From contig QCMW01000001.1 in NCBI GenBank assembly GCA_003213495.1, positions 926,704 through 990,703 of the forward strand: a DNA stretch of 64,000 nucleotides. The letters are read 5' to 3'. The position numbers and the translations under genes are program-made. The notes beneath the pieces are model-generated. The model made no database searches and was not told the DNA's origin. It was given only the letters and a program-made list of their open reading frames with translations. Below, piece by piece: positions 21,394-32,071 of the stretch (position 1 is the first letter of the stretch; every line of letters starts with the position of its first letter). Origin of the DNA: SAR86 cluster bacterium AG-422-O05. Its GTDB lineage: Bacteria; Pseudomonadota; Gammaproteobacteria; Magnimaribacterales; D2472.

Positions 21394-24324
21394 ATGAAAA
21401 AATATAATTATTTACTTTCTTTAATATTATTACTTCCATTGGCAGTTATTGCTCAAGAAGAAGCTGATAGTTCTGAAGAAAATATTGAGGATGTTGTTGT
21501 AGTTGGTTCTCAAATTAAAGGTGCTTCTATTACTGGAGCTCTTCCTGTAACAGTCATTTCATCTGAGGATATTGATATCCTTGGTGTTGAAGACGGTACA
21601 GAGCTTTTAGAGAATATGACTGAACAAGGCCTAAATTACTTTACTGAAGCCGAATCTGATTCAGGCGGTGTTAACTCTGCAAGGGGTGATGTAGGTGCCT
21701 ATAACATCAGAAACATGGGTGTAGGTAATACATTAATTTTATTAAATGGCAGAAGATTAGTTAACAATGCTGGTTATCAAACAGAATTACTTGGTGGTGA
21801 TTATGTACCAACAATGAGTGTTAACTCTAATCTTATTCCAACAACAGGCCTTGAAAGAGTTGAAGTATTAAAAGATGGCGCTTCTGCTATTTATGGTGCT
21901 GATGCTGTTGCCGGTGTTGTCAATAATGTTCTTCAGTCTGATTTTGATGGATTTGAGGTTGCTCTTAGAAATCAAGGTTATGACAATTTTAGTGCAGTTG
22001 ATGACAGACTTACTCTGAAATGGGGTAAAGATATGAATGGCGGCAAAACCAATGTATCTATAATGTATGATTTTTATGATAGAGATGGTATTGCAGCAGC
22101 TGAAGATCCAAGATGGGGAGATTCAGATCATAGAAAATGGATTCCAGCAGATTCTTTATGGGCTGGTGATAGTTCATTTAGAAACCTTTACTCAGGTAAA
22201 TGGGCGCAATTAGATATGCGGGGAAGAACTGATTATTCTGATAGTTCTGGAGAAATCCAAATAATACCAATTGGCGATCCTAGATGTGCTAGATCAGACT
22301 CAAAAGACACAGGTTATGGAACTTGTTTAGCAGTCGATACAACTTCAATGGCAAATGGTGAGTACTACATTAATCCAGGTCAATTCAGAGACTACAGAGG
22401 TGAACTTGAAAGAAGCAACCTTTTTGTTTTTGTAAATCACGAACTTGATAGTGGTATAGAGTTTTTTGCCGAGATTGGCCAGTATCAATCTGACTATATG
22501 AGACATAAAGAACCTGCTGGTGACTTTTCTACAGCACTTTTAAGCATTGGTCCTGATAACTATTATATGAATGCCATTGGTATGACATCAGATAACTCAT
22601 CTTCAAATAAACAAGTAAGAATTGATAACTGGAGACCTGATATTGGTCCAAGAATCATCAATGTTGATAAAGAAACATATAGATATTTGTTTGGATTTAG
22701 AGGAACAACTGATTCTGGTTGGGATTGGGAAACGGCTGTTTTAGCTTCTAAAGCTACATCTGAAGATTTAACAGAAAATAGATTATCCAATTCTTTATTG
22801 CAAGCTGGTTTAAATGATTCAACTCCAAATGCAATAAATATATTTTCTGCAGATGTCAAATCTGCTTTATCTCAAGCGATTATTGATGTTTCAAGAAATG
22901 ATACCAGTGAATTAAATTCATTTGATTTCAAAATGACAAATCCTGAGGTCTTTAACTTACCAGCTGGTCCAGTCGGAATGCTTGTAGGTTTTGAATATCG
23001 TCAAGAATCTTATACTGATGATAGAGATCCAAGACTTGACGGACAAATTCAGTTTACTTCTACTGAAACAGGTTTAGGATTTCCATTTGTTGGTGACGTC
23101 TTAGGTTCAAGTCCGACTGTTGACACTTCTGCAAAACGGTCAACAAATTCAGTTTTTGCAGAAATGATTTTACCTATTTCAAGCAAAATGGAAGCTCAGG
23201 TTGCTATGAGACACGAAGATCCTGATGATACTAAGTCATCTACAGTCTGGAAAGCAGCTCTGGGTTGGGAGATAAGTGATGATTTATTACTAAGAGGTTC
23301 AAAATCTACATCATTTAGAGTACCGAACTTGATACAAGCAAATCAGTTATACGTTACAAGAAGTGGTAACGTTGATGATGCTGTTGGTGAATATGTTGGT
23401 GCGAATGATCCGCTTGATGATAGATATCAAATACAAAGTTTTAGAAGAGGTAATCCAAACTTACTTCCAGAAGAGTCTGACAATACTTCATGGGGTATTG
23501 TATGGACACCTGGTAATATTGAAGGGCTAACAATTACTTGGGATGATTGGAGAATCGAAAAAGATAACACAATTGTCTTATTTGGTAGAACCAATTCAAT
23601 GGTTGCCGATCTAGTAGCAAGGATTAATTATGGAGCTGAAAATTGTGATGGTTTCAATAACCCTTTCATAGTCAGAGATCCTAATCCTGGATATACAGCT
23701 GAAGAAATTGCTAAGTTTACTGCTGCAGGTATTTGTCCAGCAGGTGAAGCTCTCACTATTTTTGATGACTATACTAATGCTGCAACTAGAAGCATTGCTG
23801 GTCAAGATATTGGTATTTATTACGATATCGTGACTGAAGTTGGTGATTTCAGTATTTCATTAAACCATTCTGAGACAACTGAATTTACACAACAACCTAC
23901 GAATGCATATCAGGCTCTTGTAGATGCTCAAGAATCTGGAGTGATTCCATTTGATATCACTTTTGCTGGATTTGGAAATTTAGCAGGCCTTGATGGTAAT
24001 TATGTTGAAAAATCCAGTCTTAAAGTTAATTATAGATTAGGTGATCTAGGCGTTCAGTTATCTGGACTTAGAAAAGGTGATTTCTATCAGAGCAGTGAAA
24101 CTAGATCTGATGGAACAAGATATGTAATACCTAGCATGACAACTTACAATGCTTCTGTATATTACTGGTTTAATGTTGGTGATAATAAAGCAAGAGTTAA
24201 GTTAGCAGTTCAGAACCTAGAAGATGAAAGAGCTCCTTTAGCTGACAGATTCTATGGTTTCTTTGCTGATGCTCATCAAGATTACGGTAGAAGATTCTAT
24301 CTTGACGTAAAAGTTAAATTCTAA
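21394..24324 (+). CDS. TonB-dependent receptor (TBDR-1)
   Basis: 976 aa. Signal peptide, TonB-box-like EDVVVVGSQIKG, plug motifs (RNMG...TLILLNGRR, ERVEVLKDGASAIYGADAVAGVVN), and a C-terminal aromatic residue (..DVKVKF). Confidence 0.88.
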   Translation: MKKYNYLLSLILLLPLAVIAQEEADSSEENIEDVVVVGSQIKGASITGALPVTVISSEDIDILGVEDGTELLENMTEQGLNYFTEAESDSGGVNSARGDVGAYNIRNMGVGNTLILLNGRRLVNNAGYQTELLGGDYVPTMSVNSNLIPTTGLERVEVLKDGASAIYGADAVAGVVNNVLQSDFDGFEVALRNQGYDNFSAVDDRLTLKWGKDMNGGKTNVSIMYDFYDRDGIAAAEDPRWGDSDHRKWIPADSLWAGDSSFRNLYSGKWAQLDMRGRTDYSDSSGEIQIIPIGDPRCARSDSKDTGYGTCLAVDTTSMANGEYYINPGQFRDYRGELERSNLFVFVNHELDSGIEFFAEIGQYQSDYMRHKEPAGDFSTALLSIGPDNYYMNAIGMTSDNSSSNKQVRIDNWRPDIGPRIINVDKETYRYLFGFRGTTDSGWDWETAVLASKATSEDLTENRLSNSLLQAGLNDSTPNAINIFSADVKSALSQAIIDVSRNDTSELNSFDFKMTNPEVFNLPAGPVGMLVGFEYRQESYTDDRDPRLDGQIQFTSTETGLGFPFVGDVLGSSPTVDTSAKRSTNSVFAEMILPISSKMEAQVAMRHEDPDDTKSSTVWKAALGWEISDDLLLRGSKSTSFRVPNLIQANQLYVTRSGNVDDAVGEYVGANDPLDDRYQIQSFRRGNPNLLPEESDNTSWGIVWTPGNIEGLTITWDDWRIEKDNTIVLFGRTNSMVADLVARINYGAENCDGFNNPFIVRDPNPGYTAEEIAKFTAAGICPAGEALTIFDDYTNAATRSIAGQDIGIYYDIVTEVGDFSISLNHSETTEFTQQPTNAYQALVDAQESGVIPFDITFAGFGNLAGLDGNYVEKSSLKVNYRLGDLGVQLSGLRKGDFYQSSETRSDGTRYVIPSMTTYNASVYYWFNVGDNKARVKLAVQNLEDERAPLADRFYGFFADAHQDYGRRFYLDVKVKF

Positions 24325-24340
24325 AGAATTTATAAACTAA

Positions 24341-24368
24341 AAAAGGGAGTTTTTTACTCCCTTTTTTT
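24341..24368 (+). terminator. rho-independent terminator after TBDR-1
   Basis: AAAAGGGAGT / TTTTT loop / ACTCCCTTTT followed by a T-run. Confidence 0.65.
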
Positions 24369-24391
24369 ATGAAAAAATATTAGTATAAGTT

Positions 24392-25828
24392 ATGCCAGCA
24401 TATAAAAAGAAAGGCTTTTTAATTGGACTAGCATTATTTTTTTTAATGATGTTATTTCCTCCTCCTGCTGAATTATCTTCTGCCGGCTGGACAGTAGCTG
24501 CAATTGCTGTATTGATGGCGGTTTGGTGGGCTACAGAAGCAATACCTGTGGCGGTTACAGCTTTACTGCCACTGGCATTATTTCCATTACTAGATATTAC
24601 TTCCTTTGAAACTGCTGCTTTGCCTTATGCAAATAAAAATATTTATCTGTTTTTAGGGGGTTTTATTTTAGCTTTAGGCATAGAAAGTTCAGGCCTACAC
24701 AAAAGAATTGCTTTAAAGATGATATTAGCTGTTGGCTCTAGCGGAGCTAAGTTGATTGGTGGTTTTATGCTTGTCTCAGCATTGATTAGTATGTGGGTTA
24801 TGAATACTTCAACAACTCTTATGTTATTACCAATAGGCCTTGCTGTTTGTGGAGTAATCTCTCAGACAGTTCCTGGAATGACTGATACAGATAAAGCTAA
24901 TTTTGATACTGCTCTTTTATTGGGTATTGCTTATGCTGCAACCATTGGTGGGATGTCTACATTAATTGGCACAGCACCTAATATAGTTTTTAGTGCTTTT
25001 ATGCAAGATACTTATGGGGTAGAGATCTCAATGTTTGATTGGATGAAGCTAGGCGTGCCTCTAGCTGTAGTCATGTTGTTTGGTTCTTGGTATTCATTAA
25101 CGCAATATGTGTTTCCAATTAAGTTTTCAGCTTCTCAAGGAGCAAAGGATGAATTAAAAAAAATGTTAAATGAGATGGGAGCATTAACAAAAGATGAAAT
25201 TCGTATATCTATTATTTTTGGTCTAGCTGTTTTTGCTTGGGTTTTCAGGACGTTATTAAATAATATTGAATTTTTATCCGGCCTAACCGATGCAGGTATT
25301 GCAATAATCGCAGCCATATTACTTTTTATGACTCCATCAGCATCAAAAAAAGGTGATTTATTAAAATGGGAAAAGTCTAAAGAGCTACCGTGGGGTTTAT
25401 TATTGCTTTTTGGTGGAGGTTTATCACTTGCAGCCCAAATAAGTTCTACTGGATTAGGTATGTGGATTGGTCAAAGTCTTATGGTTTTAAGTACAGTGCC
25501 GCCTATAGTATTAATTTTAGCAGTTGCAACATTAATAATTTTCTTAACTGAAATCACAAGCAATGTCACAACAACAACTACTTTTTTACCTGTATTTGGT
25601 GCCTTAGCTGTCGCAATTGGAATCCTTCCAGTTTCACTTACTGTCCCTGTTTGTCTCGCTGCAAGTTGTGCTTTTATGTTGCCAGTGGCAACACCTCCAA
25701 ATGCAATAGTTTATGGATCTAACAAATTTACAATTGCAACAATGATGAGAGCAGGCATAGCTCTAAACATTATTGGTATCATAGTTGTAACAATGTTTGC
25801 CTACTTTTTAGCACCGGTTATTTTTTAA
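24392..25828 (+). CDS. SLC13/DASS-family anion:sodium symporter (di/tricarboxylate or sulfate type)
   Basis: 478 aa polytopic protein. WWATEAIP near the N-terminus and the repeated SNV/N-T-type hairpin motifs (MNTSTTLMLLPI, EITSNVTTTT..PV, PPNAIVYGS) are characteristic of DASS transporters. Confidence 0.75.
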   Translation: MPAYKKKGFLIGLALFFLMMLFPPPAELSSAGWTVAAIAVLMAVWWATEAIPVAVTALLPLALFPLLDITSFETAALPYANKNIYLFLGGFILALGIESSGLHKRIALKMILAVGSSGAKLIGGFMLVSALISMWVMNTSTTLMLLPIGLAVCGVISQTVPGMTDTDKANFDTALLLGIAYAATIGGMSTLIGTAPNIVFSAFMQDTYGVEISMFDWMKLGVPLAVVMLFGSWYSLTQYVFPIKFSASQGAKDELKKMLNEMGALTKDEIRISIIFGLAVFAWVFRTLLNNIEFLSGLTDAGIAIIAAILLFMTPSASKKGDLLKWEKSKELPWGLLLLFGGGLSLAAQISSTGLGMWIGQSLMVLSTVPPIVLILAVATLIIFLTEITSNVTTTTTFLPVFGALAVAIGILPVSLTVPVCLAASCAFMLPVATPPNAIVYGSNKFTIATMMRAGIALNIIGIIVVTMFAYFLAPVIF

Positions 25829-27564
25829 TGAAAAATTTATTTTTAATTTTAGCTTTTTCTTTAAGTCTAAATTCAATTTCACAACAAAGTTATATTGACT
25901 ATGTTTCTCCCTATCATCCCGTGGTTGGTAATTCTGGGATGGTGGTTTCTCAAAATTACTTATCTTCAGATATTGGAATTGAAATTTTGAATAAAGGTGG
26001 AAATGCAGTGGATGCTGCAGTTGCAGTAGGATTTTCTTTGGCAATAACTCTTCCAAGAGCAGGTAATCTAGGAGGAGGAGGTTTTATGCTTGTTTACATT
26101 AAAGAAAAAGAACAAGTATATTTTATTGATTACAGAAGTAGATCACCTTTAAATTCAAATTTACAAAATATTTTTAGTTTAAGTAAAAATAAAAAAATTA
26201 ATCCAAAAGATTTCAGGAATGAAATGTTCGACGTTACCCGTTATGGCTACAAAGCATCAGCGACTCCAGGTACAGTTTCTGGACTTCTTGATGCACATGC
26301 TGCTTTTGGAAAGTTACCTCTAAAAGATGTTTTAGAGCCTGTAATAAATCAAGCTAATAAGGGCATACTAGTTTCTTATGATTTACATAAGGCTATCGAA
26401 AGTACACCTCAGTTAAAAAACGATCCAGAATCAAAAAGAATATATTTTTTAAATGATGAGCCTTTGCCTGAAAATTATTTAATGAAAAGACCAGATCTTG
26501 CTAAAACAATCACTAAAATTTCTGAAGGAGGAAAAAAAGCTTTTTATCAAGGCGATATTGCAGACAAAATAGTAGATGCCTCCCTTAAGAATAATGGATT
26601 ATTTTCTTTAGAAGATTTTGCAACTTACAAATCAAAATTTGATGCTCCAATAGCTACAAGTTACAGAGGGAACTTAGTTTTTACAGCTGGTCCTCCATCT
26701 GGAGGTGGTATTACTTTACTTACAGCATTAAACGTTTTGAGTTATTTTAATCTGGAAAGATATAAAAGTGATTCCATCACAACTTATCATCTTTTATCTG
26801 AAGCTATAAGAAGAGGGCATAACAATAGATCTCATTTTGTAGGCGATCCAGAATATTTTGATGTTCCAATTCAACAATTGCTATCAAAAGAGAGGGCAAA
26901 AGAATTGGCTAGCTCTATTGATAAGAAAAAAGCTAGCAAATCCACAGATATTAATCCTTTTGAGCTAATCAAAGAAGGACGTGATACAACACATTACTCA
27001 ATAATTGATAATGAGGGTAATGCAGTATCAAATACTTACACGCTTGGATACTCTTTTGGCTCCGGAGTTACAATTCCTGGCACTGGAATTCTCATGAATA
27101 ATCAGATGAATAATTTTGCTTATCGTTATGGTGATAAATCTATAAGAGGCAGATCAGCCAGTCCAGGTAATAAGTTTGAATCAGGAAAAAAACCTATGAG
27201 CACTATGGCTCCTGTTATTGTCTTTGATAAAAATAAAGATCTCATGTTAATTACTGGTTCGCCTGGAGGATCATTAATTCCAGCTGCCATTTTAAGGGTT
27301 GTCACTGGTATTATTGATTTTGATTTAAATGTTGGTGAAGCGACTATGCTTACTAGAGTTCATAAAGACTGGCCAACAACAGGTATATTACATGAAAAAA
27401 CTCTTAGTTCAGATTTGGCAAAGGGTTTAAATATAATTGGTCATAAAGTTACCGAAGAACATACTATGGGTAGCACCCAAAGTATTCATATTGTTGATGG
27501 AATAAATTATGGTTATGCTGATTTAAGAAGACCTAATGCATCAGTGTCAATTCAACCTAATTAA
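25828..27564 (+). CDS. ggt: gamma-glutamyltransferase (periplasmic)
   Basis: 578 aa. Signal peptide, GGNAVDAAVA, autoprocessing/nucleophile site DTTHYSIIDNEGNAVS, and GSPGGS. The ATG overlaps the DASS stop (TAATG). Confidence 0.9.
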   Translation: MKNLFLILAFSLSLNSISQQSYIDYVSPYHPVVGNSGMVVSQNYLSSDIGIEILNKGGNAVDAAVAVGFSLAITLPRAGNLGGGGFMLVYIKEKEQVYFIDYRSRSPLNSNLQNIFSLSKNKKINPKDFRNEMFDVTRYGYKASATPGTVSGLLDAHAAFGKLPLKDVLEPVINQANKGILVSYDLHKAIESTPQLKNDPESKRIYFLNDEPLPENYLMKRPDLAKTITKISEGGKKAFYQGDIADKIVDASLKNNGLFSLEDFATYKSKFDAPIATSYRGNLVFTAGPPSGGGITLLTALNVLSYFNLERYKSDSITTYHLLSEAIRRGHNNRSHFVGDPEYFDVPIQQLLSKERAKELASSIDKKKASKSTDINPFELIKEGRDTTHYSIIDNEGNAVSNTYTLGYSFGSGVTIPGTGILMNNQMNNFAYRYGDKSIRGRSASPGNKFESGKKPMSTMAPVIVFDKNKDLMLITGSPGGSLIPAAILRVVTGIIDFDLNVGEATMLTRVHKDWPTTGILHEKTLSSDLAKGLNIIGHKVTEEHTMGSTQSIHIVDGINYGYADLRRPNASVSIQPN

Positions 27565-29002
27565 CTTTTCTATAATCAAGCGGAGGCTTTCTGTCACCCA
27601 GTAAAGGTTGATAAATAAAATCTTCCCCAACTCTTCTATTAAGTTCTTGATGAGCATCTTCAATTATTAAAGGGTTAGATAATATTTCTATAATACTTTT
27701 GGCAAGAGTTTTTGCAGCAAGTTCAGCACCTTTCACACCAATTGATGTCCCACCTGATGCGACTGCTTGCCATGAATGAGATGCTGTTCCAGGAACCCAT
27801 GTTGCTGTTCTTAAGCCAGCAGTTGGAACATTCCAACTTACATCACCTACATCTGTAGAGCCATATCCATGTGATGTTTTGAAGGGTCTTATTGTCTCTT
27901 GTGAACCAATTAAGTTATCAGGATCAATAAAGGTTTCATAAATTTCATTTGCGTATTGAAGCTCACTTTGGTCATATGAGACACCTCCTAAAGATTCTAA
28001 ATTTTTATGTACAATTTTTTGCACCGTATCATTAGGTAATAAGGAAAAATTTCCATGCATAACCTCATAAGTCATTGTGGTATCAGTTCCTATTGCTGCT
28101 CCTGAAGCAGTGTTAACAACTCTTTTAAATAATTCCTCAACAACGGTCATTTTAGGGTGTCTTACATAATAATAAACTTCAGCAACATCTGGTACGACAT
28201 TTGGAGCAAGACCGCCCTTAGTAATAACATAATGAATTCTTGATTCTTGAGGTATATGTTCACGCATCATATTGACCATATGATTCATAGCCTCAACACC
28301 GTCAAGAGCAGACCTTCCTTGTTCTGGTGATCCTGCGGCATGTGCTGATATACCATTGAATGTAAACTTTGCAGATTTATTTGCATTTGAAGTTCTCGAA
28401 TTTGCACTGTTAGAATCATCTGGATGCCAATGAAGAACTATATCCACATCTTTGAATAAGCCTTCTCGAACCATGTAAACTTTTCCAGAACCACCTTCCT
28501 CAGCAGGTGTCCCATAAAATCTTATAGTTCCTTTTATATTATTTTTTACTATCCATTCTTTCACAGCTACTGCAGCCCAGGCTGAAGCTGCTCCAAATAA
28601 ATGATGACCACATGCATGACCTGCACCAGTTTCATTATTTATTTTTTCTTTAAAAGGTGCGGATGATTGTGCTAGACCCGGAAGTGCATCAAACTCTCCA
28701 AGTATGCCTATAACAGGACCGCCATTATTAAATTCTGCAATAAACGCAGTAGGTATTCCCGCAAGACCTTTGGATATCTTAAAACCTTCTTGTTTAAGTG
28801 ATTCAGCTAAAAGATCTGCACTCTTATTCTCTTGATAACCTAATTCTGCATAATCCCAGATTTCTAATGCAACCTCAGAAAATTTTTCTTTATGTGAATT
28901 AATACTATTTAAAACATAGTCACCAAAAAGAACCTCTGTAAAAAGGATTAATACTAAGAAACTAATTGATTTTTTTTGAAGTAAACTTTTTTTCCAACCC
29001 AT
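27557..29002 (-). CDS. M20-family amidohydrolase (AbgB / M20D-like), probably exported
   Basis: 481 aa. Signal-like N-terminus (SISFLVLILFTEVLFG), metal-binding blocks GHACGHHL and GTPAEEGGSGK, and HWHP. The gene overlaps the upstream ORF by 49 nt. Confidence 0.75.
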   Translation of the reverse strand: MGWKKSLLQKKSISFLVLILFTEVLFGDYVLNSINSHKEKFSEVALEIWDYAELGYQENKSADLLAESLKQEGFKISKGLAGIPTAFIAEFNNGGPVIGILGEFDALPGLAQSSAPFKEKINNETGAGHACGHHLFGAASAWAAVAVKEWIVKNNIKGTIRFYGTPAEEGGSGKVYMVREGLFKDVDIVLHWHPDDSNSANSRTSNANKSAKFTFNGISAHAAGSPEQGRSALDGVEAMNHMVNMMREHIPQESRIHYVITKGGLAPNVVPDVAEVYYYVRHPKMTVVEELFKRVVNTASGAAIGTDTTMTYEVMHGNFSLLPNDTVQKIVHKNLESLGGVSYDQSELQYANEIYETFIDPDNLIGSQETIRPFKTSHGYGSTDVGDVSWNVPTAGLRTATWVPGTASHSWQAVASGGTSIGVKGAELAAKTLAKSIIEILSNPLIIEDAHQELNRRVGEDFIYQPLLGDRKPPLDYRKVN

Positions 29003-30405
29003 TCTTTGTTCTCCATTGATTTAATAATAGACATATCATCGGAAGTTATCAATTTTCTTTTGTTATCTGAGCAATCTATAAAAATGACTGCTTTATACTT
29101 TTCTTTGGTTTTATTAAGAATTGTGTAACCAATGACTATACCAACACCATCTACAAGTGAAGAAATTTCAACAGGTTTTTCTTTTTTTTCAGCGAATTCA
29201 GTAAAGTCTTTATGAGTAAAATTCATATGAGGATTGCTACTCAAAACTGCATATGACTGTTTTGTCATCATTCCAGAAACTCCTGTGATGATTCCACTAC
29301 TATCTTTTGTCTTTCTAATCTTTGATACCATTTTTGCTAACGAATGAAGTACATAACTATTGAATGGACCACCAGCAAATGACATACCGCCAGTAATAGT
29401 AAATTTTTTATAATCATTTAAATTCAATGACTCTGCAAACATTTGAACAGCTACTGGAAAGCAGCTATAAAGATCATAAAAATTTGGTTCTATTTTCAAT
29501 TTTTGGCAGACATCTAGAATATATTTTGCAGCTAACTGCATCCCATGTTGCTCATATAATTTTGGTCTTTGAAGAGTACCAATCATATGATTATTTTCAG
29601 ATGAGGCTAGGGGATATACTCTTTTTTCTAGTGGAATATCTAAGTCATCAGCAATTTTTTCAGAGCAAACTATTATTGCTGCAGATTGATTAATATTCCA
29701 ACTTGTACAATGATATTTATTATATGGAAATGCTTGCAGCGAATTTTTTTTAGTTATATTTTTAATCTCATTTGCATCTAGAGCACTATCAGTCCATGCA
29801 TCTTTATTTCTAGATGCTACTTTAGAAAAGTATGCATACATTTCAGCAACAAAATCTGATTGATTCCCTATGCTTATGTTTTTATTAAACCTAAATGCAC
29901 TTTCTAAAATTGCATAATATCCAACTGCCATCATACCTAATTCAGCTTTTTCTTCATTCAGATGAATGTCATCTTTTGCTTTTACATAAAAATTAGGATT
30001 TTCATTTAATTCAATCTCTTCAAAATCTTTATTTTTAATTTGAGATAAAAGCAGTTTGTATCTTGCTTCGCCTCCAACAATTAAACTTGCGCCTATTTCT
30101 TTATTTAATATTTTGTTACAGCATGAGTTTAATAGGCTTTGTTGCAGCACTCCTATTTTGTAAACGCTTGTTTTTACATTTTTAAAATCATTTTTGGTAG
30201 CAATCCATTTTCCAGGATCTCTGTATCTCCAATAGCCTTTAGGAATGTGAATTTCTTCGATAAAGTTTTTAATATCTTCGTTATTTGTATCTTTGATTGC
30301 TTTTTTTGTTGCAATATCCATAAGTATTAATGCTTCATCTAAAGATTTATAATTACCTTTTTGTTGAATAGACCCTACACCAACAATTACTGGCCTGTTA
30401 TCCAT
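28954..30405 (-). CDS. thiolase-superfamily protein (acetyl-CoA acetyltransferase-like) with a C-terminal extension
   Basis: 483 aa. N-terminal PVIVGVGSIQQ...SLDEALILMDIATKKAIKD, mid-protein NQSAAIIVCSEKIADDL, and C-terminal-domain blocks YDLYSCFP and TITGGMSFAGGPFNSY are laid out as in thiolases. About 100 extra C-terminal residues are present. I could not confirm catalytic residues. Confidence 0.5.
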   Translation of the reverse strand: MDNRPVIVGVGSIQQKGNYKSLDEALILMDIATKKAIKDTNNEDIKNFIEEIHIPKGYWRYRDPGKWIATKNDFKNVKTSVYKIGVLQQSLLNSCCNKILNKEIGASLIVGGEARYKLLLSQIKNKDFEEIELNENPNFYVKAKDDIHLNEEKAELGMMAVGYYAILESAFRFNKNISIGNQSDFVAEMYAYFSKVASRNKDAWTDSALDANEIKNITKKNSLQAFPYNKYHCTSWNINQSAAIIVCSEKIADDLDIPLEKRVYPLASSENNHMIGTLQRPKLYEQHGMQLAAKYILDVCQKLKIEPNFYDLYSCFPVAVQMFAESLNLNDYKKFTITGGMSFAGGPFNSYVLHSLAKMVSKIRKTKDSSGIITGVSGMMTKQSYAVLSSNPHMNFTHKDFTEFAEKKEKPVEISSLVDGVGIVIGYTILNKTKEKYKAVIFIDCSDNKRKLITSDDMSIIKSMENKEWVGKKVYFKKNQLVS

Positions 30406-30411
30406 ATCAAA

Positions 30412-31035
30412 TTATGATGAAGCAGTGCCCCAATAATTGTAACCAACTATTTTAGGAGTGCTTGGAAGATACATTTGCTCTAGATTATTTATTTTTAGTC
30501 CTGCAGAATTAATAATATTCGGTATATCTCTATTGATATTACATCCACCAGCTATCTTACCCCATAAAGGATTTATTCTATTTTGCCACTTTAATATGTT
30601 CTCATCAGGCGCCTTACCATGCTCACAAAATATAATTATTGCGTCATCCTTCATTACTCTTTTAATTTCTTGCAATGCATCATTTGGACTTGGAATTGAG
30701 CAAAGTGTATAGGTAATTAAAACAGTATCTATAGTTCTAGAGGGTAATTCAATTTCTTCAGCGCCTGAAATTAACATTTCAACATCCATTGAATGCTTAG
30801 ATGCATTTTTGTTTGCCATTTCACATAACTCCTCTGAAGGATCAAGACCATATAATTTAGTTATTTTAGATTTTGAGTAATAGGGTAGATTTAATCCTGA
30901 ACCAATACCTATTTCTAATATATTTCCAGAAGCGTTTGGTACAACTTTAGCTCTTTGATAACTTACTGGTTTAGTAGAGCAACATACATCTAATAGTTTT
31001 GGTAAGACATATTTTTCATAAGCTTTTTTAATCAT
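30412..31035 (-). CDS. class I SAM-dependent methyltransferase
   Basis: 207 aa. Motif [13 protein letters not shown], then YGLDPS. The start forms an ATGA overlap with the fabI stop. Confidence 0.7.
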   Translation of the reverse strand: MIKKAYEKYVLPKLLDVCCSTKPVSYQRAKVVPNASGNILEIGIGSGLNLPYYSKSKITKLYGLDPSEELCEMANKNASKHSMDVEMLISGAEEIELPSRTIDTVLITYTLCSIPSPNDALQEIKRVMKDDAIIIFCEHGKAPDENILKWQNRINPLWGKIAGGCNINRDIPNIINSAGLKINNLEQMYLPSTPKIVGYNYWGTASS

Positions 31036-31835
31036 GATTCATATTCATCTACAGGCATTGCAGCAATATTAAAACCACCATCTACATATGTAATTTCACC
31101 AGTAATGCCACTGGCATAGTCAGAACATAAAAAAGCAGCTACGTTTCCAACTTCCTCAGCTGTCACAGTTCTTCCCAGTGGAGCTCTATTTGAGTGCTTT
31201 GAAAGCATTTTTCTGAAGTTTTTAACTCCTGAAGCAGCTAATGTTTTTATTGGTCCTGCTGAAATTGCGTTCACTCTGATGTTATTTTTTCCAAGAGAAG
31301 CAGCTAAAAATCTTGTATTTGCTTCTAAACTTGCCTTTGCCAAGCCCATAACATTGTAATTAGGTACTGTTTGAACAGATCCTAGATAAGTTAGAGTTAA
31401 AAGGGCAGAATTATCGTTGAGCATTGGCTTTGCTTCTTTTGCCATTGCAGTAAAACTGTATGAACTAATATCGTGCGCTATCTTAAAACCTTCTCTTGTT
31501 GTTACATCTACAAAGTTTCCTTCAAGTTGATCTGCAGGTGCATAACCTATGGAATGAACAAAACCATCAAACTTATCCCACTTTTTTGACAATTCAGCAA
31601 ACGAATCCTTAATTGATTGGTCATCGCTTACATCGCATTGAATTAAGACATCTGAATCCAATTCTTTTGCAATTACTGATAGATTCTTCAAAAGGCGTTC
31701 ATTTTGGTATGTAAATGCAAGTTCAGCACCTTCTCTATGCATTGATTTAGCTATACCTGCTGCAATTGAATACTTATTTGCAACTCCAGATATCAAAATT
31801 CTTTTGTTTTTTAATAACATACTATATTTCCCCAC
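31032..31835 (-). CDS. fabI: enoyl-[acyl-carrier-protein] reductase (NADH)
   Basis: Collinear with E. coli FabI throughout ([32 protein letters not shown], ...[31 protein letters not shown]). Alignment to E. coli suggests the true start is the Met at 31820. Confidence 0.92.
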   Translation of the reverse strand: MGKYSMLLKNKRILISGVANKYSIAAGIAKSMHREGAELAFTYQNERLLKNLSVIAKELDSDVLIQCDVSDDQSIKDSFAELSKKWDKFDGFVHSIGYAPADQLEGNFVDVTTREGFKIAHDISSYSFTAMAKEAKPMLNDNSALLTLTYLGSVQTVPNYNVMGLAKASLEANTRFLAASLGKNNIRVNAISAGPIKTLAASGVKNFRKMLSKHSNRAPLGRTVTAEEVGNVAAFLCSDYASGITGEITYVDGGFNIAAMPVDEYES

Positions 31836-32071
31836 TTATTAAGTAATTGTAAGAGAAAAATGATTAATGTTAAGTCTTATTTATCTCAAACATAAAAATT
31901 AGTGATATATCGCAAATTTTATGTATATAAATAATTTATATTTAATTATAAATAATTTAAAAAAATGTAGATTTATGTAAAAAAAACTGAAACAATAGGC
32001 CTCATAACGTGAATTGCACGTGTTTATCGTGTGCATATCATAAATATTAATCAAACTACAAGGGGAATTGT

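Noticed and set aside
28954-29002. The poly-A runs in the thiolase-like/M20 overlap might hide a frameshift that fuses the two ORFs, or a pseudogene
   Set aside because: The M20 ORF begins with its own Met and a signal-peptide-like segment, and the thiolase-like ORF ends with a plausible C-terminus. Two separate genes is the simpler reading. The overlap itself is kept as a low-interest finding.
32007-32022. ACGTG-AATTG-CACGT(G) inverted repeat upstream of TBDR-2, a possible operator
   Set aside because: The arms are only 5 bp, there is no second copy upstream of the other TBDRs, and no regulator gene is nearby. It is noted but not strong enough to call a binding site.
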